This document shows, one piece after another, positions 48,712 to 58,717 of a stretch of DNA of 64,000 bases (its first letter is position 1; each line of letters begins with the position of its first letter). The translations under genes were made by a program, and so were the position numbers. Origin of the DNA: Candidatus Eiseniibacteriota bacterium. Its GTDB lineage: Bacteria > Eisenbacteria > RBG-16-71-46. The notes under the pieces are model-generated. The model saw only the letters and a list, made by a program, of their open reading frames with translations. It had not been told where the DNA came from and made no database searches. The stretch lies in the NCBI GenBank assembly GCA_044222065.1, contig JBGAOA010000006.1, positions 1 through 64,000 of the forward strand, given 5' to 3'.

Positions 48712-50476
48712 CGCGCTCACCGAATCGGCCGGCCGCATCGCCGACGGGCTCGAGGTGGATTGGGAACGGCTGCGGCGAGAGTCGCCCGAGGCCGCGTCGC
48801 GGCTCGAGGCGCTGACGCAGCTCGAGCGGCTCGCCGGCGCCTGGCGCGCGGCCGGCGCCGTGCCGGACGACCGTCCCTCCGAGCCCGCACTGTTCGCGTG
48901 GGGCGAGCTCGAAGCGCGCGAGCGGCTCGGCGAGGGCAGCTTCGGCGAGGTTTATCGCGCGTTCGATCCGGCGCTGCGCCGCGAGGTCGCGCTCAAGCTG
49001 CGCCGCGCCGACGCGAGCGAGTCCGGCACGCGGCGCGCGCTCGACGAAGCGCGCCACCTCGCGCGCGTACGGCACCCGAACGTGATCGCGATCCACGGCG
49101 CCGACGTGCACGACGGTCGCGTGGGCTTCTGGACCGACCTCGTGCTCGGCCGCACGCTCGACCAGGACCTGGCCGAGCGCGGCCCGTTCGGCGCGCGCGA
49201 AGCGGCGCTCGTGGGCTGCGATCTGTGCCGCGCGCTCGCGGCCGTGCACGCCGCCGGGCTCGTGCACGGCGACGTGAAGGGCGCGAACGTGCTGCGCGAG
49301 CACGGCGGACGCATCGTGCTCGCGGACTTCGGCTCGGGCCGCGACGCCGCGTCCGCGGGCGGGGGCGCCGTCGCGACCTCGCCGCTCGCCGCGGCGCCGG
49401 AGCTGCTGCGCGGCGATCCGCCGTCCGTCGCGAGCGATCTCTACGCGCTCGGCGCGCTGCTCTTCCGGCTCGCGAGCGGCCGGCATCCCTACGAGGCGGC
49501 GACGCTCGACGAGCTGCGCGCGAAACACGAGCGCGGCGAGCGCGCCTCGCTGCGCGCGCTCCGGCCCGACCTGCCGACGTCGTTCGTCGCCGCGGTCGAG
49601 CGCGCGCTCCAGGCCGCGCCCGCGGACCGCTTCGCGGACGCCGGCGCGTTCGAACTCGCGCTCGAGTCGTCGCTCGCCGCGCCGTCGGGCGTGTCCGCGG
49701 GCGCGCCCGCCGCGCCGCGCCGTTCGCACGCGCGGCTTCGCGCGGGGCTCGCCGCGGCTGCGGCGCTCGTCGCGGTCGTGCTCGCGGGCTCGCACTGCGC
49801 CGCTTCGGCGCGAACAGGCGCGCGAGACGCCGGCCTCGCCGCCGCTCGCCGCGGGCGAACGCGCGCGGGCGACGCCGGGGCGCCGCGCCCGGCGCCGCCG
49901 GCCGCGAACCTCGCGCCGCTCGCGCCGCCCGGCGCACACGTCACGTTGTGGCGCGGTCGCGACGGCGTGCGCACGCCGCTCGCCGACGGTGACGCGGTCC
50001 GGCCGGGCGACCACCTGTGGCTCGAGTACCGCGGCGACGAGCCGCTCCCCGTCTACGGGCTCGACGAAGACGACCGCGGCGAGACGTTCGCGCTCTTCCC
50101 GGTGCGCGGCACTGACGTGGCGAATCCGCTGCCCGCGCGCCGCGCCGCGCGGCTGCCCGGGTCGCGCGACGGCGCCCCTTTCGACTGGGTCGTGACGAGC
50201 GCGGGCGGTCACGAGCGCCTGCTCGTCGTGGCGTCGCGCGTCCCGCTCGCGGCACTCGAGAATCTGCTCGCGGCGGTGCCGGCGGCCGATGCCGGCGCGC
50301 CCGTCGCGTACGCGGGCGTGCCCGAGGGCGCGCTGCTCGCGCTGCGCGGCATCGGCGGCATGGCGCCGTCGGCGGCCGACGCGCGCGACGGCCGGCTCGC
50401 CGCGGTCGAGCGGGCGCTCGAGTCGCAGCGGAGCGCGGGCTACTGGGTGCGCCACTTCGTGCTCCACGCGCCGTGA
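48701..50476 (+). CDS. Membrane Hanks-type Ser/Thr kinase with C-terminal extracytoplasmic DUF4384-like domain
   Basis: GEGSFGEVY, VALK, HPNV, HGDVKGANV, DFG, APE, SDLYALG; hydrophobic segment near 49745-49790; GDAVRPGD.LWLE..VY..DED..G..LFP..G.ERLLVVASR. GTG start overlaps the sigma gene. Confidence 0.88.
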   Translation: MTDDALTESAGRIADGLEVDWERLRRESPEAASRLEALTQLERLAGAWRAAGAVPDDRPSEPALFAWGELEARERLGEGSFGEVYRAFDPALRREVALKLRRADASESGTRRALDEARHLARVRHPNVIAIHGADVHDGRVGFWTDLVLGRTLDQDLAERGPFGAREAALVGCDLCRALAAVHAAGLVHGDVKGANVLREHGGRIVLADFGSGRDAASAGGGAVATSPLAAAPELLRGDPPSVASDLYALGALLFRLASGRHPYEAATLDELRAKHERGERASLRALRPDLPTSFVAAVERALQAAPADRFADAGAFELALESSLAAPSGVSAGAPAAPRRSHARLRAGLAAAAALVAVVLAGSHCAASARTGARDAGLAAARRGRTRAGDAGAPRPAPPAANLAPLAPPGAHVTLWRGRDGVRTPLADGDAVRPGDHLWLEYRGDEPLPVYGLDEDDRGETFALFPVRGTDVANPLPARRAARLPGSRDGAPFDWVVTSAGGHERLLVVASRVPLAALENLLAAVPAADAGAPVAYAGVPEGALLALRGIGGMAPSAADARDGRLAAVERALESQRSAGYWVRHFVLHAP

Positions 50477-50535
50477 CGCGCGGTCGGCGCGCGTTCGCTC
50501 TTTCTCGCGACCGCCCGTGCCGATAGTCTGACGAC

Positions 50536-53500
50536 ATGCGTGCCCGACTGCTCCCGACCCTGCTCGCCGGACTCGCGCTCGTCGCGAGCGTGGCCGATGC
50601 GAAACCGCGCGCCGCGGCGCCCTTCGACTCGGCCTTATTCCGGAGCGTGGGGCTGCGCGAGCCGTTCCGGCCCTTCGCCGCCGCCGCGCGCTTCGGCAGC
50701 GTCGACAGCCTCGCGCGGCTCGAGCTCGGCCGGCTCACGGCCGCCCGTACGCGCGATTCGCTCGTGGTGGCCCGTGCGCTCGTGGACGTCGTCGAGACCG
50801 GGTGCCTGAACGGACGTGCGCGCGAACCGCTGCTGGCGGCCCAGCTGCAGCGCGCGCTCGCGATCCATCGCGCCCATCCGGGGCCGGATTCGCTGATCCT
50901 CGCGCGTTCGTGGCGCGTGGCGGGCGAACTCGCGCGGCGCAACCGAGACTTCGACGAAGCGCTGCGGCTCGCCAACGCGGCGCTGCGCGTGTTCGAGCGC
51001 GCGCTGGCGCCGATGGACCTCGACGTCGGATCGGCCTCACGGCTCGTCGCCACGATCGGGACGAACCTCGGTCGAGGCGACTTCGAATCGCCGGCGCGCC
51101 GGGCCGTCGAGATCGCCGAGCATCATTTCGGCCCCGGTGACCCGCGAACGCTTCCGGCGCTCTCGACGCTCGCGGGCCAGCAGAACGTGCGCGGCGACCA
51201 GGTGCACGCGCTCGGCACGCTCGAGCGCGTGCTGGCGCTCGCCGAGCGCGCCTATGGTCCCGAGCACACCGAGACCGATCGCAGCCGATACAACGTCGCG
51301 GTCGTGGCGATGCGCGTCGGCGACTACGTGCGGGCGCGCGCGCTGCTCGATCGCGTCGTCCGGTCCGAGTCCGGACGCGCGCGCGTGGATTCGGCGCGGC
51401 TCTCGAACGCCGTCAGCGCGTACCTCGAAGTGCTGAACGACCTCGGCGACTTCGACGAGGCGCTCGCGCTGCACGGGCGCTTCGGCGATGCCTCCGAGCG
51501 CGGCCTGCCCCCGGGCGATCCGGATCTCGCGCGCTACCGTCACCAGCTCGCGCGCACTCTCGTGGGCTGCGGACGCGCGCGCGCGGCGATCGCGCTGTTC
51601 GACAGCGCGATCGTGACCGAGGCTCGGATCACCGACAGTCTCGCGGCGCTGCCGATCTTGTTCGAGCGCGCCGCGGCGTTCCGCATCGCGGGCGACGGCC
51701 CCGGAGCGCTGCGCGCGGTGGATCTCGCCGGGACGCTCGCCGACCGGGCGGGGGAGCGCGCGCCCTCGTACCACGAGGTCGGACTGCTGTGGGCGCGCTG
51801 CCTCGACGACGCGGGCCGCCCGCGCGAGGCGGTCGCGCGGCTCGAGTCGTCGCGCCGGAGCGCGGAGCGCGCGCTGGGCCCTCGCAATCCGATCCTCGCG
51901 CGGATCCTCGGCGAGCAGGCGCGCGCGCTCACCGCCCTCGGTGATTCGCGCGCGTTCGGCGTCGCGCTCGAAGGCGCCGACCAGAGCGCGGAACTGCTTC
52001 GCACCGCCGCGCGCGGCTTCCCGGACCGCGAGGCTCTGCTCTACGCGAGCGGCCTCGGGCTCGGGCTCGATCCGCTGCTCGAGGTCGCGGCCGGCGGCGG
52101 GCTCGACGCCGCCCAGCGCCGCGCGGCGCTCGACCGCGTGGTCGCGGCGCGCTCGCTCGTGCTCGACGAGGTCGCCCGGCGCACGCGCGCGGCGCGGGCC
52201 GCGCGTGATCCGCGCGCCCGCGCACTGCTCGACTCGCTCGGCGAAGCGCGCGCCGTGCTCGCGCGCTGGCTCGTGCGCGCCGAGTCGGGCCTCGGCAGGA
52301 TTCGCTGCGCCGCGAGGCGCGCGTGCGCGCGGAGCGGTTCGAGCGCGAGCTCGCCGCGCTCGGGCTCGAGCCGGCGTCGTCGGCGACGGGCTCGCCGCTC
52401 GACCGGCTGGCGTCCGGCGACGCGCTCGTCTCGTTCGTCGAGTACGCGGCACCCGCGGGCGGGTCCGCGACCGAACGCCGGCTGCTCGCGTTCGTGACGC
52501 GCGCGGGGTCGGCGCCGGCGCTCTTCCTGCTCGGCCGCGCTCCTCACCGTGGACTCGCTCGTCGCGCGCTGGCGCGGACGTCGCCGCGGGCACGGGCGCG
52601 AAAGACCTCGCGGCCGCCGAGCGCCGTGCGCGCACGAGCGGCGCCGCGCTGCGCGCGCGTGTGTGGGACCCGCTCGCGGCCGCGGTCGCGGATGCGGGGC
52701 GCGTCGTGCTCGTCCCCGACGGCGCGCTGCACCTCGTGGATTTTTCCGCGCTGCCGTCCGCGGCCGGCGGGTACCTCGCGGACCGTCCGGCGCTGCTCGC
52801 GCGCCTCGGAGCCGAGCGCGATCTCGATGCCGTGCCCGCGGACGACGCGGGACGCGGGCTGCTCGCGCTCGGCGGCGCGGACTTCGACCTCGAATCCGGC
52901 GGCGACGCCGGGCCGGCGGCGCTCCGCAGTGGGGGAGTCGCCTGCGAGCGCTTCCGCGACGTGAAGTTCTCCGCGCTGCCCGCGACGCGGCTCGAGGTCG
53001 GGGACGTCGCCTCACGCTGGCGCGCCCGCGGCCTCAAGGCGACGGAGCTCACGGGCGCGGACGCGAGCGAAACGCGTCTCAAGCAGCTCGCGCCGTCGTG
53101 CGGTGCGCTGCACCTCGCGACGCACGGTTTCTTCCTCGGCGGCGAGTGCGCGCGATCCTCGTCCGCGACGCGCGGCATCGGCGGGCTCGCCCCATCGGAC
53201 GCGGTTGCGGCGAGCAGCGCGACGCCGAACGCGGCGAACGCGCTCCGGCTCGCGGGGCTCGCGCTCACGGGCGCGAACCGGCGCGGTTCGGGCGCCGGCG
53301 AGGACGGCGTGCTCACGGCGGAGGAGATCTCGGCGCTCGACCTCTCGGGCGTCCACGAAGTCGTGCTGTCGGCGTGCGACAGCGGTGTCGGCGACATCGC
53401 CGCGGGCGAAGGCGTGCTCGGGCTTCAGCGCGCGTTCCGCATCGCCGGCGCCCGCTCGCTCGTCATGAGCCTGTGGCCGGTCGAGGACGCCGCGACGCGA

Positions 53501-53659
53501 GCGTGGATGGACGCCTACTACGACGCGCGGCTCGCGGGCGGCGCGGGCGTCGCGGCGTCCGTGCGCGCGGCGGACCGCGCGCGGCTCGCCGCGCTGCGGC
53601 GCGCGAAGTCGCCGACGCCTCCGCACCTCTGGGCGGGGTTCATTCCGCTCGGGGAGTAA
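50536..53659 (+). CDS. Secreted TPR + CHAT (caspase-like) protease, frameshifted in this sequence
   Basis: Signal peptide; TPRs (GPEHTET, GPRNP); CHAT motifs VWDPL, VPDGALH, LPATRLE, LHLATHG, VVLSACDSG, GEGVLGLQRAF, SLWPV, LWAGF; about three frame changes at 52290-52580. Confidence 0.85.
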
Positions 53660-53820
53660 AGCGCGCGGGCGTCAATCGACGCGCACGCCGAGCCGGTGGG
53701 CGAGCGCCCGACGGCCCGCTGTGATGACGAGCAGGGCGCGCGTGCCGCGGCCGATTCAGCGCATCGGGGCGGCTGCGCTCGTCGCGCCGCCGCCCCGCTC
53801 GTTCGCCTCGCGAAGACCGC

Positions 53821-55185
53821 TCAGGCCTTCACGTACTTGTCCGCGACGTCGAGCGCCTTGTCGATGCCGGCGAGCCCCTCCCGAGCCTCCTCCGCCGTGA
53901 TCGTGCACGGCGGCGTGACCTGCAGGCGGTTGAAGTGCGCGAACGGCCACACGCCGTTCGCCTTGCACGCGCCCATCAACTCGACCATCGGCTTCGCGTC
54001 CGCGCCCGCGGCGTTGAACGGCACGAGCGGTTCGCGCGTCTTGCGGTCGCGCACGAGCTCGATCGCCCAGAACACGCCGAGACCGCGCACTTCGCCGACG
54101 CTCGGGTGCTTCGCCATCATCTTCTGCAGCTCGGGGCCGATCACGTCGGCGCCGATCCGGCGCGCGTTCTCGACGATCTTCTCTTCCTTGAAGATTCCGA
54201 TGCTCGCGACGATCGAGGACGTGCCGAGCGGATGGCCGCTGTACGTGAGCCCGCCCTGGAACGAGCGGTCCTTGAAGAACTCGGCGATCTTGCGGCTCAG
54301 GATCACGCCGCCGACCGGGACGTAACCCGAGTTCGAGCCCTTCGCGAACGTGATCAGGTCCGGCGTCACGTTCCACTTGTTCACGGCGAACCACTCGCCG
54401 CAGCGGCCGAAGCCCGCCATCACTTCGTCGCAGATCATCTGGATGCCGTGCTTGTCGCACAGCGCGCGCACGCCCGCGAGGTAGCCGTCCGGCGGAACGA
54501 GGATGCCGTTCGTGCCGACCACGGTCTCGAGCAGGATCGCGGCGACCGTGTGCGGCCCCTCCACCATGAGCACGTTCGAGAGGTGTTCGAGCGCGCGCTC
54601 GCACTCCTCGGCCGGCGTCGTCGCGTGGAAGGCGGAGCGGTAGAGGTAGGGGCCCCAGAACTTCACCGCGCCCGGCGTCGCGGGCTCGTTCGCCCAGCGC
54701 CGCGGATCACCGGTGAGGCCGATGCTCGTTCCCGTCGCGCCGTGGTAGCTGCGGTAGGCCGACAGCACCTTGAGGCGTCCGGTGAAGCCGCGCGCGAGTC
54801 GCACCGCGTTCTCGACCGCGTCGGTGCCGCCGTTCGTGAAGAACACCATGTCGAGATCGCCGGGGGCGAGCTCGGCGATGAGCCGCGCCGCTTCGCTGCG
54901 CATGTCGTTCGCGTGGAACGGAGCGATCGTGCACAGCCGCGCGGCCTGCTCCTGGATCGCGGCGACGAGCTTCGGGTGCTGGTGCCCGATGTTCACGTTG
55001 ACGAGCTGGCTCGAGAAGTCGAGCCAGGTGTTGCCCTTGTCGTCCCACATCCGCGAGCCGAGCGCGCCGGCGATCACCGTCGGCTGGAGGGCGGATTGGA
55101 CGGACCACGAATGGAAGACGTGCTTGCGATCGTTGGCGAATGCGGACGCCAGATAGGGCGAGGTGCTCGTTTGAGTGGGGTTCAT
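53821..55185 (-). CDS. Class III PLP aminotransferase (omega-amino acid / taurine-pyruvate type)
   Basis: DFSSQLVNVNIGH, FTNGG, SYHG, DEVMAGFGRCG, PDLITFAKG, GGLTYSGHP. Confidence 0.93.
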   Translation of the reverse strand: MNPTQTSTSPYLASAFANDRKHVFHSWSVQSALQPTVIAGALGSRMWDDKGNTWLDFSSQLVNVNIGHQHPKLVAAIQEQAARLCTIAPFHANDMRSEAARLIAELAPGDLDMVFFTNGGTDAVENAVRLARGFTGRLKVLSAYRSYHGATGTSIGLTGDPRRWANEPATPGAVKFWGPYLYRSAFHATTPAEECERALEHLSNVLMVEGPHTVAAILLETVVGTNGILVPPDGYLAGVRALCDKHGIQMICDEVMAGFGRCGEWFAVNKWNVTPDLITFAKGSNSGYVPVGGVILSRKIAEFFKDRSFQGGLTYSGHPLGTSSIVASIGIFKEEKIVENARRIGADVIGPELQKMMAKHPSVGEVRGLGVFWAIELVRDRKTREPLVPFNAAGADAKPMVELMGACKANGVWPFAHFNRLQVTPPCTITAEEAREGLAGIDKALDVADKYVKA

Positions 55186-55344
55186 GGCGGGGGAGAGTAG
55201 GACAGCGCGCGCGACGAGGAAAGGCGGCGGCGCGCGCCCTCCGCGCGATCTTCCGACCGAGTGTCCCCCGCGTGACGGGGAATGCGTTGAGGGAGTGGGC
55301 GCGTTCGCCCGTTCCCGCCATCGCCCGCTCCGGAGGTGTCCCCG

Positions 55345-57942
55345 ATGCGCCCGACGATCCCGCTTCGCCGCACGTTTTCCTTTGCGCTGTTCGCCGCGCT
55401 CCTCGCCGCGTCCCCCGCCCGCGCCGCCTTCGTGGACACCGGCTTCGACGTTCCGCTGCTCAATCCGACCGCGTCGGCGTGGGGCGACTTCGACCGGGAC
55501 GGCGATCTCGACTTCGTGCTCACCGGCCAGGACGGCACGCCGCCGTACACGCTGCGCGCTTTCGTGTTCCGCAACGACGCCGGCGCGTTCACCGACGCCG
55601 GCGCGGGCCTCACGGGGCTCGCGAACGCCGCGGCCGCGTGGGGCGACTACGACAACGACGGCGATCTCGACCTGCTGATGTGCGGGAACTCCTCGTCGCT
55701 CGGCGACGTGCCGACGACGCGGCTCTACCGGAACGACGGCGGCGCGTTCACGAGCCTCGGCGCCGCGGGACTTCCCGAGGTGCGCTCCGGATCGGTGGCG
55801 TTCGGCGACTACGACCGCGACGGCGACCTCGACGTGCTGATCACGGGCTATCGCACGGTGCCGAGCTCCTCGCTCGTCGGCGCGATCTACCGCAACGACG
55901 GCGGCGTGTTCACCGACGCCGGCGCCGGACTGCCGCCGCTCTTCTACTCGTCGGCGGCGTTCGGCGACTACGACGCGGACGGCGACCTCGACCTCGCGAT
56001 CCAGGGCACGAATTCGTCGGTGAACCTCACCCGCATCTACCGAAACGACGGCGGCACGTTCACGAACATCGCGGCGCCGCTCGTCGGACAGGAGGTCGGC
56101 GACGTCGCGTGGGTGGACTTCGACGGCGACGGCGACCTCGACTTGTCGTCCACCGGGTTCGACGGCGCCGTGGAGGGGACGCGGCTCTATCGCAACAACG
56201 GCGGATTCACATCCGTCGCGACCGGGCTGCCGGGCGCTTCGCGTGGCGCGGCGTGGGGCGACTTCGACAACGACGGCGATCCCGATCTCGCGCTGACGGG
56301 CATCGGCACGACGCCGTCGCTCTCGCGCATCTACCGCAACGACGGCGGCGGCGCGTTCGCCGACATCGCCGCGGGAATCGCGGGGACGCGCGCGTGCACG
56401 CCGGCGTGGGCCGACTTCGACGGCGACGGCGACCTCGACCTGCTGATCGCGGGCGGCGACGGCACGGGCGTGCGGAAGCTCTACCGCAACACGGGCGCGA
56501 GCGTGAATCACCCGCCGCAGCCGCCGTCGACGCTGATCGCGACCGAGTGCGTGGACGGCGAACTGAAGCTCCGCTGGGGCGTCGGATCCGACCTCGAGAC
56601 GGCGGGGCCGGGGCTCACCTACAACCTGCGCGTCGGCACGACGTGGGGCGGGAACGAGATCGTGTCCTGTCCGGCCGACCCGGCGAGCGGACAGGCCCAG
56701 CTCGCGCAGCCGGGCAACGTCGGTCACGCGACGAGCGTCACGCTGGCGCTGCCGCCCGGCACCTACTACTGGACGGTGCAGACCGTGGACGGCGCGTTCC
56801 TCGGTTCGGACTTCGCGCCCGTGCACGTTGTGCAGGCGCCGTCGGTGGACGGCGCGTGGAACGCGGCCGAGGGCCCGCCCTCCGTCACGCAGTCGCTGCA
56901 GACCGGGTTCGGCGATGCGTCGCTCGGACTGCCCGACTTCGCGAACGGCTCCGAGCTCGACGGCGCGTACGCGCGGCTCGACGACTGCGCGCTGCACCTG
57001 TTCCTGCCGGGGAACCTCGAATCCAACTTCAACAAGCTCGAGCTGTTCTTCGACACGCTGCCCGGCGGCCAGAACCAGCTGCGCGGGGACAACGCGAACG
57101 TGGACTTCGACGGACTCAACCGCATGGGCGACGACGGCAGCGGGAACGGGCTGCGATTCGATCCCGCGTTCGAGCCGGACTTCTACGTCACGTTGAGCGG
57201 CGGCGACGCGGGCGGCGACTACACGCTGTTCGCGAGCTGGGCGGAGCTGCTGAGCGCGGGCGGCGGACTCGGACGCTACCTCGGCAGCACGACGCCGCCC
57301 TCCAACGGCGCGCTCGCCGGCGGCGACAATCCCGACGGCATCCTCGCGACGATCGACAATTCGAACACGGCCGGCGTGACGGCCGGTACGGGCGGCGCGT
57401 CGGGCTCTGGAGTCACGACCGGCGTCGAGCTCGTGATTCCGCTCGCGTCGCTCGGAAACCCGACGGGCTGCTTCGAGGTGTGCGCATTCGTGAACGGCTC
57501 GGGGCACGACTTCGTCTCGAACCAGGTCCTCGCCCCGCTCGTCGCTCCGCAGGGCAACCTCGGCGAACCGCGCAACGTGGACTTCGGCCGCTACGCGGGA
57601 GAGCAGTGGTTCTCGGTGTGCCCGGGCGCGACCGCGGACGTTCCGGCGGGCCCCGCCGCCTCGGCGACGCGCGGACGACTCTCGGCGTTCCCGAATCCGA
57701 TGCGCGCGTCGTCGCTCGTGCGCTTCGAACTCGCGCGTGCGGGGGAGGCGAGCGTCGAGCTGTTCAACGTGCAGGGGCGGCGCGTGCGGCGGCTCGTATC
57801 CGGCGCCTTCGACGCGGGTCCGCACCAGGCGCTCTGGACCGGCACGGACGACTCGGGCCGCGCGCTCCCGAGCGGCGTCTACTACGCGCGTCTCCTCGCG
57901 CCGGGCGAGCGCGCGTCGCACGCGCTGATCCTGCGGCGCTGA
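55345..57942 (+). CDS. Secreted FG-GAP/VCBS repeat protein with FN3-like domain, uncharacterised beta domain and FlgD-Ig C-terminal domain
   Basis: Seven [WF]xD[FY]DxDGDxD repeats; GTYYWTVQTVD; FPNP..FNVQGRRVR..WTGTDDSG..SGVYYARL; GGAGG before the ATG at 55345. Confidence 0.9.
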   Translation: MRPTIPLRRTFSFALFAALLAASPARAAFVDTGFDVPLLNPTASAWGDFDRDGDLDFVLTGQDGTPPYTLRAFVFRNDAGAFTDAGAGLTGLANAAAAWGDYDNDGDLDLLMCGNSSSLGDVPTTRLYRNDGGAFTSLGAAGLPEVRSGSVAFGDYDRDGDLDVLITGYRTVPSSSLVGAIYRNDGGVFTDAGAGLPPLFYSSAAFGDYDADGDLDLAIQGTNSSVNLTRIYRNDGGTFTNIAAPLVGQEVGDVAWVDFDGDGDLDLSSTGFDGAVEGTRLYRNNGGFTSVATGLPGASRGAAWGDFDNDGDPDLALTGIGTTPSLSRIYRNDGGGAFADIAAGIAGTRACTPAWADFDGDGDLDLLIAGGDGTGVRKLYRNTGASVNHPPQPPSTLIATECVDGELKLRWGVGSDLETAGPGLTYNLRVGTTWGGNEIVSCPADPASGQAQLAQPGNVGHATSVTLALPPGTYYWTVQTVDGAFLGSDFAPVHVVQAPSVDGAWNAAEGPPSVTQSLQTGFGDASLGLPDFANGSELDGAYARLDDCALHLFLPGNLESNFNKLELFFDTLPGGQNQLRGDNANVDFDGLNRMGDDGSGNGLRFDPAFEPDFYVTLSGGDAGGDYTLFASWAELLSAGGGLGRYLGSTTPPSNGALAGGDNPDGILATIDNSNTAGVTAGTGGASGSGVTTGVELVIPLASLGNPTGCFEVCAFVNGSGHDFVSNQVLAPLVAPQGNLGEPRNVDFGRYAGEQWFSVCPGATADVPAGPAASATRGRLSAFPNPMRASSLVRFELARAGEASVELFNVQGRRVRRLVSGAFDAGPHQALWTGTDDSGRALPSGVYYARLLAPGERASHALILRR

Positions 57943-57991
57943 ACGCAGGCACGGGCCGCCGCGCCGATCGCCGCGCCGTGCCCGCCGCCCG

Positions 57992-58032
57992 AAAACGCCA
58001 GAGGCGGCGTCCTCGCGGACGCCGCCTCGGCG
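57992..58032 (-). terminator. Intrinsic terminator of the cold-shock gene
   Basis: GAGGCGGCGTCC / GGACGCCGCCTC 12-bp stem, then TGGCGTTTT on the minus strand; lies between convergent genes. Confidence 0.75.
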
Positions 58033-58053
58033 TGAGGTGGTACCTCGTGCGAA

Positions 58054-58257
58054 CTAGACCTTGCGCACGTTCGCGGCCTGCAGCCCCTTCGGGCCGCGGG
58101 TCACGTCGAACTCGATCGCTTCACCCTCGGCCAGCGTCTTGAAGCCGTCGCCGGCGATCGCGGAGAAGTGGACGAACACGTCGTCCCCGCCGTCCGCCTG
58201 CGTGATGAAGCCAAAGCCCTTCGCCTCGTTGAACCACTTCACGGTGCCACGTGCCAC
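58054..58257 (-). CDS. cspA: Cold-shock protein (CspA family)
   Basis: [49 protein letters not shown]; 67 aa. Exact paralogue name is uncertain. Confidence 0.95.
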   Translation of the reverse strand: MARGTVKWFNEAKGFGFITQADGGDDVFVHFSAIAGDGFKTLAEGEAIEFDVTRGPKGLQAANVRKV

Positions 58258-58371
58258 TTGAAGCTCCTGTTGAATCCGGATCCGAGGATCCGCACTTGCC
58301 GCGGAATCACGCCCGCGGCCGCGTCCGGTCGACTTGACCGTGTCCCGATCGCTGTCCGGATCGCCGCCCAC

Positions 58372-58399
58372 AAAAAAAACCGCCAGAGGTCTCTGGCGG
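58372..58399 (-). terminator. Terminator-like hairpin + T8 upstream of the csp start codon
   Basis: CCGCCAGAG / CTCTGGCGG inverted repeat followed by eight T on the minus strand. Confidence 0.65.
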
Positions 58400-58717
58400 A
58401 TCAGAACGTGGACGACACATCCCATACAACCGAAGACGCGCGCAGTATCGTCCATTCGGCGCCGAAACGACAGCCGATTTCGAGCCCCCGGCGGGGGGCG
58501 GACCGGAAATCCGGAAAATCGCCAGCGAAAGCGTGGAATTCGGGTGCGGGCCCGGCCCGGGAATTCACGCCTCCGGGACCTTCCGGAGGCGCGCGCACCC
58601 GGTCCCGGCGGGGACTCCGTCGCGTCCGGGCGAATCCGCTTGCGGCGTCCGTGGCGGCTCGCCGAACCTGCCGGCCTCGTTCCGGCCGTTCCGCGCCACC
58701 ACCGAAGGGGAGTCCTC

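Noticed and set aside
49790..49880. Odd post-TM segment in the kinase (possible compensating frameshifts)
   Set aside because: The frame stays open and linkers here are naturally low-complexity; it cannot be decided without reads.
55480..56490. Regularly spaced GGCGACTxCGAC repeats resembling a CRISPR array
   Set aside because: They are in-frame FG-GAP protein repeats with degenerate third positions; no cas genes are present.
55186..57921. Extension of the aminotransferase ORF to 1366 aa, and similar long antisense ORFs (e.g. 25208..29638, 39607..42645, 42618..45995)
   Set aside because: Shadow ORFs caused by stop-codon scarcity at high GC, lying opposite well-supported genes.
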